A DNA stretch of 64,000 nt from Octopus vulgaris. Taxonomy: Eukaryota. The notes under the pieces were generated by a model, which was not told the DNA's origin, did not search any database, and worked only from the letters and a program-made list of their open reading frames with translations. Made by a program: the position numbers and the translations under genes. Location: contig OX597827.1 in NCBI GenBank assembly GCA_951406725.2, forward strand, positions 38,750,001 through 38,814,000, in the 5' to 3' direction. This document shows positions 37,951 to 64,000 of the stretch, in pieces. Numbering within the stretch: position 1 is the stretch's first letter; every line of letters starts with the position of its first letter.

Positions 37951-38351
37951 GTGTTAACTATCTCTTCAAAGATGGAACTAGTAACTTCCTTTTTTTTTTA
38001 CTAAGTATATTCCTCAATCCATCAACAATGGAACTGTGAACTGCTGTTATCTCTCACTAAGGATTTTCTTAATTCTCTTATCTTGAAGGTGCTAACCACT
38101 ATTATCTTTCACTAAGTATGTTCTTTAATTCTTTGATAAACTGGTAATTACTAATATCATTTATTAAAGATATTCCTTAATTCTTTTTATCCAGAGAAAA
38201 GTTGGTTTACATGGAAGTCTTTGCTCAGTGATATACGATCTATATGTTCAGCTGTTCTAGAAACAACAACAAGAAACTTCACAAATTATTTTTTTAATCC
38301 CTTATTTACTATAACTACTCTGTTTATTTGTTCATTTCTCTTTCTAATATA

Positions 38352-38646
38352 TCAAGTCATCCCATAAGTAATGTCCAAATTTTGGGTAAGAAAAAAAAGT
38401 GATCTAAGTTTACATTTTATTTAAATGAAGTCCTCTTTTACTCTTTTACTTGTTTCAGTCATTTGACTGCGGCCATGCTGGAGCACCGCCTTTAGTCGAG
38501 CAAATCGACCCCGGGACTTATTCTTTGTAAGCCCAGTACTTATTCTATCGGTCCCTTTTGCTGAACTGCTAAGTGACGGGGATGTAAACACACCAGCATC
38601 GGTTGTCAAGCAATGCTAGGGAGACAAACACAGACACACATACATA

Positions 38647-38706
<60 letters not shown>

Positions 38707-40058
38707 CATATATACGACAGGCTTCTTTCAGTTTCCGTCTACCAAATCCACTCACAAGGCATTGGTCGGCCCAGGACTATAGCAGAAGACACTTGCCCAA
38801 GATGCCACGCAGTGGGACTGAACCGGGAACCATGTGGTTGGTAAGCAAGCTACTTACCACACAGCCACTCCTGCGCCTATGTCCTGTATATAATTCCCAT
38901 CATTATTGATGACTTCCTTCCATCTACTCATCAGTTTTTAAATTCTATTGGTGAGAAACTTTTCTGGTTTTGATGAGAAGAAGGAAGAGAGGTCAGTTTT
39001 AACCGCTTTGGAGATTTTGAGTACTAATCCATCTAAATGATTTTCTAAGCATTGAAACGAATAGTAATCAGAATGAGTGAGGTCCAGTTGATATGATGTG
39101 TGAGGGATTTTTCCCAGCCAAGTTCCATGATGTTTTCTGATGTACTTTTTGCAGTGTAAAGCCTTGCATTATCATGATGAAACACCACTTCCTTACGATT
39201 CATCAAAGCAGTCCTTTTTTAAAATCAAAGCATCATCCAAACACTCTAATTGTTGGAAATAAGTTTGAACAGTAATTATTTTTTTTAGTTGGTGGATCAC
39301 TCCGATGCAATCTCACCAAACAGAAAGAACATTTTTTGTTTGGATGCCCCTTTTGGGTTGTGGTTTAACGTGTTCCCCATTGCCTACATCACTTAACATT
39401 TACAAAAAAAAGTCCATTTTTCATTACCTGTCACTAATCTGTTCAAAAACGGTGAGATACATTCAAAAGAGTGAAGAGACGAGCAAATGTTCACGTGTGA
39501 TTTTCGGATGGCATCTGTCAAATCATGGGGAACCCATTTTCCAAGTTTGGTTACCTTTCCAAGCTGTAGAAGATGGCGGTGAATAGTTGAATGGCTTGAA
39601 TTGAGCTTGCTTGACAATTCTTTAACTGACACAGCATTATCCTTTTCAATCTCTGACAAATGAAGCTAATGATAAAATTAAACAGGGTGTCCTGTTTGTG
39701 ACCTCTCTCTTCAGCTGAAATCACCATTTATGAACTTTGCAAACAATCTTCTGCAACTTCAAGCACTCTTACTCACAAACAGAATGGATATTTTGAGTTG
39801 CTTCTGCTGCACTGTTTCCCTTTTTGAACTCACAAAGCATGACTGTGCCTTAAATACTCCTTCGATACACCCATCTTTGAGGGGTTAATGTTAGTAATTA
39901 TTTCAGTAAGATTATTTTGTAAAAAGAAGTTATATTAAGTTAAAGATTTTAAAATTCATATGAGTCTCAATTAATACCATTTGACCTTTTAGAATACTGT
40001 AAAATTTGATAGAAATTACATATATGATATTTCAGACATTATTTATGGTATGACCTGA
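38352..40058 (-). mobile_element. Degenerate full-length mariner transposon with a nested SINE
   Basis: TIRs TCAAGTCATCCCATAAGTAATGTC / GACATTATTTATGGTATGACCTGA; motifs GKWVPHDLT, LVTGNEKW, HHDNA on the minus strand. Confidence 0.82.
38433..38878 (-). mobile_element. Full-length tRNA-derived SINE (second family) with internal (TA)n and AGTAAAAG tail
   Basis: Head AGGCGCAGGAGTGGCTGTGTGG, B-box GGTTCAGTCCC; near-identical to 30212-30637 and 63150-63504. Confidence 0.87.
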
Positions 40059-40237
40059 TGTATCTACTAGCTCAATGACGAACCACTTATAGCCATCTTT
40101 GATAGGAAACATTAATGACACCTTTGTTTCAGCTGCTGTTGAAACTGGAGTTTTAGTGGTAAACCACCCTGAGCACTTATAGTACATACCTATTACAATA
40201 TATTGTTAGACAAAGTTTTTTTAAATATATATACACA

Positions 40238-40295
<58 letters not shown>

Positions 40296-41414
40296 CACAC
40301 ACACACACACATTAATCAATGAAATTCCAACTTGGTCTGATTTTTATGTTTTATTATTTGCAGGTATACTTTCAGATTGAGGTGGACAGTGGGAGTGGGG
40401 GGAGTGATTGTTTACTACTTGGAGTATTAGTGGTGGTAATGGTAGCAGCATTTGAATAGGATGACAATAATGATAATGGACCTCTTGTGTCATTCTGAGA
40501 AGAATTTGAGTGGCCTGACTGTGGAGAAGAGCTAGGGACTGTTTTGTTTAAAGGGTCATTAATTGTTCTAGTATTGACTTCCAGTGCTCATCTTGTTGTT
40601 GTTACTACTGTTTAATTGTGATAAGGGTAGTAGCAGTAGAACATAATGAAAATGATGATCATAGGTCACTTGTAGTATTCCAAGGAAATAAGGAAGTGAA
40701 TATCCAAACTGTGAAGGACTCTTGATTGTGGAGTTTAACAGTTCATCAATTGTGCTGGTATTGAGGAGTGGCCATGGTTATTGTTTATATATATATATAT
40801 ATATGTAAATGTAAAAAAATACAAACTGGGACAAGAACGTGAAACATTTAGAAGACGATACAAAAAACACGGACGGGACATTCGAAGCCTCCGATCTTCA
40901 GTCAAGAACCGGATCATCTTCGCAATTTCGGCTGATTAATCTTGATAATCTATCTATATATATATATATATGTATATATAATATATTATAAAGTTTGATT
41001 TAGTGTGCTAAATTGAATTTTTTCTCTGTTGGCTTGGAATTATTATATTCCCTAACTATTAATAATAATAATAATAATAATAATGATATATATATATAGT
41101 CTTAGTTTGAGGATGTAGTGTCCTCTTTAGGGATTATAAAATCTAGAGATCAACTGGTGTTATCAATGATATATTGGGAGAATTCTCTCAATATGTAGGG
41201 ATAAACAGTCTAATTTACATTTATTACAATAAGAAAATATTGTGGATACTTATTTTATTTGTATCACAATTTGAATATAGCAAACAGTTTAATACAAATA
41301 AAATTCAAATGAGCAGACATTAACATAAAATAAAATAAGCTTAAGAAGCGCCTACACATTTCAATCTGGTCACTATGTAAACGGTGCTTCGGAATATTTG
41401 AACCATGTTAAGAG

Positions 41415-41710
41415 TTTTAGATGTAAAAAATATAACAACAAAGTGTCCAGATCACTTCAGGGCTGCCTCATTTAAAAGGCTAATGCTTACATGTTTTTCA
41501 CAGGAATTCAAGTTAGTGGTAAAGAACTTTCTAAATAAGATGGATGAGGACTACATATTCATATGTCGAGTATCTATGTAATAGATCTTATGTAGAAAGT
41601 TCTTTACCACTAACTTGAATTTCTGCGAAAAATATGTAAGCATTAGCCTTTTGAATGGGGCAGCCCTGAAGAGATTGGATACCTTGCTGTTATATTTTTT
41701 ACATCTAAAA
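41415..41710. repeat. Long inverted repeat (~126-bp arms, ~43-nt spacer)
   Basis: 41415-41541 is the reverse complement of 41585-41710 with scattered mismatches. Confidence 0.88.
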
Positions 41711-41732
41711 ATATATATATATATATATATAT

Positions 41733-42266
41733 TAGGTGACTAAGTCAGTAGCGGGGTGGATGTTCTGAGAGTGTAGCTGCAAGAATAAGAACAGTCTGGG
41801 CAAAGTTCAGAGAGCTCCTACCTTTTCTAGTAACAAAGGCCTCTCGCTCAGAGTGAAAGGTAGACTGTATGACACATGTGTGTGAATAGCCGTCCTACAT
41901 GCAGTGAAGCATAGGCTGTGACCGCTGAGGACATGTGTAAGTTTGCAAGAAACAAAGCTAGTATGCTCCACAAAATGTGTAATGTCAGTGTGCATACACG
42001 ACAGAGTGTAAGTGCCCTGAAAGAAAAGTTAGACATAAGAAGCATCAGATGTAGTGTGCAAGAGAGATGACTGTGCTGGTATGGTTATGTGTTACATATG
42101 GATGAGGACAGCAGTGTGAAAAAGTGTTCCTGGAGGGAACCTGTGGAAGAGGTAGACCCAGGAAGACCTGGGATGTGATGGTGAAGCATGACCTTTGAAT
42201 GTTGGGCTTCAAGGAGGCAATGACAAGCAACTGAGCCCTTTGGAGATATGCTGTGCTTGAGAAGAT
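41733..42266 (+). mobile_element. RTE LINE fragment (same family as 20015-20840)
   Basis: ESVAARIRTVWAKFRELLPFLVTKGLSLRVKGRLY...GRGRPRKTW motifs, degenerate. Confidence 0.82.
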
Positions 42267-43841
42267 CCTTACTGTTTAAATCAGGTTTGTGTTCTCCCAG
42301 TCAACAGCCTTATCATTACTGGTACTTTAAACTCTTCGGTTGTATATTTGTGTGAATAAAATCGTTTTTCTTTGGAATAGAAAAAAGTCTATCTTTATTT
42401 CTACTTTTGCTGGTGTCTCAAATTTAGGTTAAATCAGTGTTTCTCAAAGGGGAGGCCTGTGGGACGGTTGGACAAGTTGTTTTGAGAAAATTTGGTTTAA
42501 ATGTTCAACAACTCAGCACCATCTATTGGACGGGGGGTGGGTGGTGTTTTGCTTGTACTTATATAGAATCTCTATATAACTGCCTATTACAGATGGAATA
42601 TTTTACTAAACCAGAGTTGACTTTTCATGAAACAATAACAAAATTATGCATACTGTTCCTTTTTGAGATAAACATCTTTCAGTTTCAGTCTTTAACTTAC
42701 CTATTCTGCTCAGATTAATCTTTTTTTCTCTAATGGTGAAGTTTGAATTTACATAGAATCCGTTTTCCTCATCTAGACATTAACATTAAAGACTTCCAGT
42801 TATTCTGGTTCAGTCTTACTTCCACATTCCTCCTAGATTCACCTATTATTTCTTGTACTCTCTGATATCCTAAACCCCACAACTCTTTTCTTGCATTGAG
42901 GATATCTATTTCATGTTACTTCCTCTCTGAAATCCTTATTCTTCATGACTTCAATGTAGACAAACCTTTTGACTATCTCTTGCATGAACTTTGTACATTT
43001 ATTAAACTATTTGATAAAGCATTAGTTGTCTGAAAGCTTATCTATGTCTTCTTGGCCATTTATAACTACACACCGTATCTGTTTTTACACTAGTCAATAT
43101 AAAATATATTGTAAATGCAACTGCCGATGGTGGTAGAAACTATGGAGTACTTAAGCAAACATATTACAATAATTTGGTTTCTTCTCTTGTTTCTGACATT
43201 GAATCCAAGCAAATTCATTTTACTTTTATTACCACCCTGACTTTAATGAAGAAATCAAAATCAATGTAACAAATATTCAAGAGTATGAGGTGAAGGCTAT
43301 AAGCTAGTGCAAGGAGCAGATGGCACTGTATTGTCTATGTAAAAGATAGTAAACTCTGAACAGTTCAATCCACCTAGCTGGATAGTTTTCTATATAGCGT
43401 ATGTGGTTAACAGTCAAGTACAAACAACACTGCAAGCAGATACCATAGTGTGGTATAATTTTCTGTCCAGCGTCTGGGGCCAATGCATTCAACTACCTTT
43501 TTGAACGAAATTAGCACAAGACGGTGTAATTCACTGCTGTAAACAGCTGCAACATGAATTGTTAAACGCTGCAGAATTTATAATTCTACAGCGTTTATGC
43601 CATTCCACTAATTGAACACTATTCGAAATATTAAAAATTTATTCTATCCTCGACACCTCAGATATTACTTCTTGTTAAGAAATTACTAGCCTCCTCAAAT
43701 CGTAATGATGTTTATGTTTATAAGTGGTTATAATTTATCTATTCATTCATTTATCTAAAGTAACGTGCGCATAAAAATGTGAAGTAAAAAAATATAATTC
43801 TTCGTTGCCCGCCATGAGGACAATAAAGCCGGATGGTTTAG

Positions 43842-43880
43842 TGCGCATGCGTGGATGTAGAATTCTTGACGGCGCCATTG
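43842..43880 (+). promoter_or_regulatory. Putative SRSF10-like core promoter: NRF1-like TGCGCATGCG and YY1-like CGCCAT motifs
   Basis: Motifs lie 40-75 nt upstream of the ATG at the start of a locally CpG-rich stretch; function is inferred. Confidence 0.45.
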
Positions 43881-43916
43881 TTAGTTCATACCACGGCTTT
43901 GGCTTTTACGGGGAAA

Positions 43917-59724
<15,808 letters not shown>

Positions 59725-59825
59725 TGTATTATATATATTTTTTCATAGGTTCATGTATTTTTAATTTCTTCTAGACTGTCTGTCTCATGCTGTAAATTAC
59801 ACAATCCCCCTCCATGTTTCATTGA

Positions 59826-59831
59826 AATAAA
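59826..59831 (+). terminator. Candidate polyadenylation signal of the SRSF10-like gene
   Basis: AATAAA about 100 nt after the stop, followed by T-rich sequence. Confidence 0.5.
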
Positions 59832-60954
59832 ACTTTTATTAAAATTAAAACTTGTGAGACTCTTTTACAACTTCTAATTTTGCTTTTATAGTTTGCTTGG
59901 CTACAGCCATTTCAAAATAAAAATATTCATGTAATGAATGATTGGTCTAACACCAATATATGAATTCAATCCCATGAGCCTCCTTCACCTGAATTAGCAA
60001 TCTCCTTACTATCATAATATAGGTACAATTAATGGGGTACCTGGGACTATGATAAATTCTAAAGTAACTGAATTTGTTTGTACATCTAAATATGTCATTG
60101 AAGCACTGCCAAGCACCTTCATCTCATTTATCATACTCCATTAGCATTTTAATCTTTTCTATAGACTTGCATGAATGAGAAACAATTCAGAGGCAGGTTT
60201 TCTACAAAACAGATGCCCTTCTCGTTGCTAACACATCATTTGTTTTCAAGGTAATACTTCCCCTAAGGCCAGACATGTTTTTCATGAAAGATTGGAAATT
60301 TGTAACTGCTTATTGGAAGACAGTTACAACAGGTTTCTTTCAGCTTCTGTCCACCAAAACTATGTGCTTGGTAAGCCAACTTCTTAACCCCACAGCCATG
60401 CCTGTACCTAAATACCATATCTTACACCACCCCTCTCTCTGAGGGAATGAGAACCATTTTTTGGCAGCCAGTGGTTTACCTACTGCCACCATTCATCTCT
60501 CCCTATATAACATGAGTATGTTGGCTTGTTAGTTGTGTTCCACTAAAAATATTCTCCACATGATCATTTAGCAGGCTTGAAATAGCATCCACAAATCAAA
60601 CTGTCTGAAAAAAGGTCACAACTAATATTGTGCTAAAGATATATTGAGAATGAAAAAAAATTTGTATTAGGGATGTATTTATAGACAATGAAGAACCCAA
60701 CATTGCAAAATGAGAAAGGATGGTCACATGGACACCTTTTACAAATCTGATCATGGTTGATCTAGAGGCAAATAGCCAACAGTTTTCCTTAAATTACAGC
60801 CATTTGATATTAGTAAAGCAAAAGATATGGTCAATGTAGTCATATATAAAATTACAGTGTCAGCAATTATAATAGTACCATGTGAGTAAATCATAATATA
60901 ATTTATGGCAAAAACCTTAATTTCATCCAGTTCATATTTTGTTTTGATTACCCT

Positions 60955-61281
60955 GTGGAGGTGCAATGGCCCAGTGGTTAGGGCAGCAGACATGCGGTTT
61001 CGATTCCCAGACCAGACATGTTTATTGAGCGAAAACACGTGAGGCTCTGGCGAACCCTGCTGTACGCTTTCACCACAATTTTCTCACTCTTTCTTCCTGT
61101 TTCCGTTGTACCTGTATTTCAAAGGGCCAGTCTTGTCATGCTATATCTCCCTGAGAATACGTTAAGGGTACATGAGTCTGTGGAGTGCTCAGCCACTTGC
61201 ATGTTAATTACATGAGCAGGCTGTTCAGTTGATTGGATCAACTGGAACCCTTGTCATTGTAACCGATGGAGTGCCACGACA
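60955..61281 (+). mobile_element. tRNA-derived SINE (third family) with an 11-bp TSD
   Basis: TSD TTGATTACCCT at 60944-60954 and 61282-61292; A-box TGGCCCAGTGG, B-box TTCGATTCCC. Confidence 0.8.
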
Positions 61282-61819
61282 TTGATTACCCTACAATATT
61301 AAATGAAAGGTCAAATGAGTTTCATGTCAAGTAGGGTCCAGTCTAAATTCTGGAAATTGCTTTCACTGCTGAATGTTAAAGTGGAGACTAGAAGGAAGGC
61401 TGGTCTGAAGATGCTGCTTCCCATAGGTAAGATGGACAAAGCACTGTCTAGATTGGTGTTACAGAAGACCTGTCTGCTTCTGGAAGAACTTACCTTGACA
61501 TGAGGTTAGTGTTTTAGAAAGCATGGATGTATATTTGTTCCTCACCTTCTACGACCACTTACAGAATGGCAGTGTCTTTAGAAGCTGTTATGTTAGGCTT
61601 AAGTTGTGAAATATAAAACTATTAGTGCAACAGTGGATGCATCACTATCCCTGACTTGTTGCTTTACTAGTCATAGACTTTTACCTGTCCCTCTACTACT
61701 TGGACGGTCTACACTGACTTCTTTGTCCTTCTCTGGCTCGCATATAAAAGGCTGCATTGGGCCTGCCATATTCAATACACTAGCTTCATGTATCACCCAA
61801 CACATTGTTCCTTCTCGAG

Positions 61820-62030
61820 CCATGCCTGGCTCATAAAGGCCATGTTTTCTGGTTTCCTTGGTGTATAGGATGGGACGCCGGTTCATGCAGGAAGAAAGAG
61901 TGAGGGGAAAGTTGAGGCGAAAGAATCAGCAGATGTTCGCCATTACCTCGCTCATAAACACACATTGCCTGGTCTGAGATTTGAACCCACGAGTCAACTG
62001 CTCTAACTACTAGGCCATGTGCCTCCACAA
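61820..62030 (-). mobile_element. tRNA-derived SINE, antisense
   Basis: Minus-strand head GTGGAGGCACATGGCCTAGTAGTTAG...GGTTCAAATCTC. Confidence 0.6.
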
Positions 62031-63149
62031 CACACACTCTTACCTTAATCTCTACCTGTCCATATACCTCCTGAGTGTCCTTCAATTATTTCTATTCCCC
62101 CTACAGTCGTGTCTATTCTGTTACTCTATGCTTTACGCCTGCTCCTATTCTTCAATTACAGGGGTCATGAAAAATAGTACTCCGTATATATTTGAAAACT
62201 GGTTGCATTAGGAAGGGTATCTAATTGCAGACATTAGTGCACAGTGCAGTTCTCTGATTTATTGGATGCTGTCAAATGTAACAACCATTGCCAGTATGGA
62301 AGATGGATGTTAAAATTGGTGATAACTTAGAAATTGAAACGTCGTTACATTTAATGCATTTTTTTCATTTGCTGCAAATTAAAATCATTCATAATTACCA
62401 TTATAAAACCTGAAGTTTATTTTTCACAGAAAAGGAAAACCTTGTTTTTACCTAGTGGACTTGCATAACTTTTTTTTAAGTACTATGTCCAGAATGTAGG
62501 ACATAGGTGATGTCCTGCCACAATTCTCTCTTTACTTTGTCATAATTCCACCTCCTGATGTTTAATGCTTCTTTTCCAACCAGTTTGCCAAGCTTGACAA
62601 CCATATCACCCTTCTGCTTCTTTTCCCTTCAATCTTTTCAAATATATATATACAGGGTGCTGCTTATCACTAAATTCTCCTGGCCACCTTACCTCATCTA
62701 ACGACCAAGATATCTCAGTTGTTTGGCCCTTATCTCAACAAACCAATTGCCTATTTACTACAGCCTGGGTCATCTTCATTAGACACTTTGACCATGTTAC
62801 TCTCAGTATTTTCCTTAAGAACCACAATTCACAGCTCTTCAAGAACCTCAGGTAGATTGAACTGCTGTGTCTGTCTGCCTTATATCACTACTAGTCTAGG
62901 ATTGAGATAGATGTTGGTCTTTTGATTTAAATGTGATATTTCTTGAGTTGGTGACCAAAGAAGGGATTTAAAATATTTAATAACTGACTGGGCTAGCTTT
63001 TTTGGTTAAAGGTTTGTCACCTTAGGGTTCTAAATTTGATCATATCCTCAGTATCGGTGCAAAACTGTCCCACTAATACAGAACCCCTCAAACCTGGGCA
63101 GTGAAAGATTATCAAATATGTTAATGCATTGAAACTTGGTTGCAGTATA

Positions 63150-63504
63150 CTTTTACTTGTTTGCCATTTGACTGACCATGCTGGAGTACCGCCTTTAGTT
63201 GAACAAATCGACCCCAGTTCTTATTCTTTGTAAGCCTAATACTTATTCTATTGGTCTCCTTTGTCGAACTGCTAAGTTTCGGGGACGTGAACACATCAAC
63301 ATCAGTTATCAAGCAGTGGTGGAGAGACACACACACAAACATATATGACGGGCTTCTTTCAGTTTCTGTCTTCAAAATCCACTCATGGCTTAGGCCAGCC
63401 CTAGGTTTTAGAAGACACTGGCCTAAGGTGCCATGCAGTGGGACTGAAACTGGAACCATGTGGTTGGAAAGCAAGTTTTTTATCACACAGTCACACCTGC
63501 ACCT
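63150..63504 (-). mobile_element. tRNA-derived SINE (second family)
   Basis: Homologous to 38433-38878. Confidence 0.8.
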
Positions 63505-64000
63505 GATTTTTTTTCCTAACTATTTCTGAGTAGCCATGATTTAGTATTTCTAAATGTTACAAATCTGCAATATTCCAATATTTGGTAATTGCTTGATATT
63601 TTCAATAAAACCAATAGTTCTGAAATTCCCACTTAGGGCTGCTTAACTCTTCAGCACTCAGATTACTCTGTCAAATCTAATGCATCACAATTGTTTTGAA
63701 TTGATCATGCATATCTCAGCTTCACAATTTTGATGATGTGGCTTTTCTATTCTTTCTTTTACTTCTTTCAGTCATTTGACTGGCCATGCTGGAGCACCAC
63801 CTTCAGTCGAACAAATCGACCCTAGGACTTATTCTTTGTAAGCCTAGTATTGTTTCTATCAATCTTTTTGCGGACGTAAACATACCAACATCGGTTGTCA
63901 AGTGATGGTGGTTGGGACAAACAAACACACAAATATATATATATACACAGGCATACTTTGGCTTAAGTCATTCTCGATTATACGTCGGCTTTCAAAAATA

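Noticed and set aside
40860-40920. Hammerhead in the 20918/40805 repeat (CTGAAGA on the minus strand)
   Set aside because: No properly placed GAAA or consistent stems

Overview
Eukaryotic, AT-rich and microsatellite-rich animal genomic DNA, most likely an octopus/cephalopod (inferred from the repeat families and TTAGGG repeats). Three spliced protein-coding genes were reconstructed by hand: (1) the last five coding exons of BRD8 (+, 592-5071); (2) a complete 8-exon DENND10/FAM45A (-, 18486-9699, 353 aa); (3) a complete 8-exon SRSF10/12-like SR splicing factor (+, 43917-59724, 226 aa). Intron 2 of the SR gene is a U12-type AT-AC minor intron that also contains a second perfect U11-type 5' splice-site motif. 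The rest is a mosaic of tRNA-derived SINEs, RTE and L1/Tx1-like LINE relics, mariner, hAT and piggyBac-like elements and a Helitron. Most notable: the minor-intron architecture of the SR gene; a ~250-bp foldback whose arms are mirror-image hammerhead-ribozyme-like motifs; a SINE subfamily sharing its 3' tail with the L1/Tx1-like LINE; a mariner with two left ends; and several local inverted or templated duplications that could form dsRNA. Most ORFs in the supplied track are spurious repeat translations.
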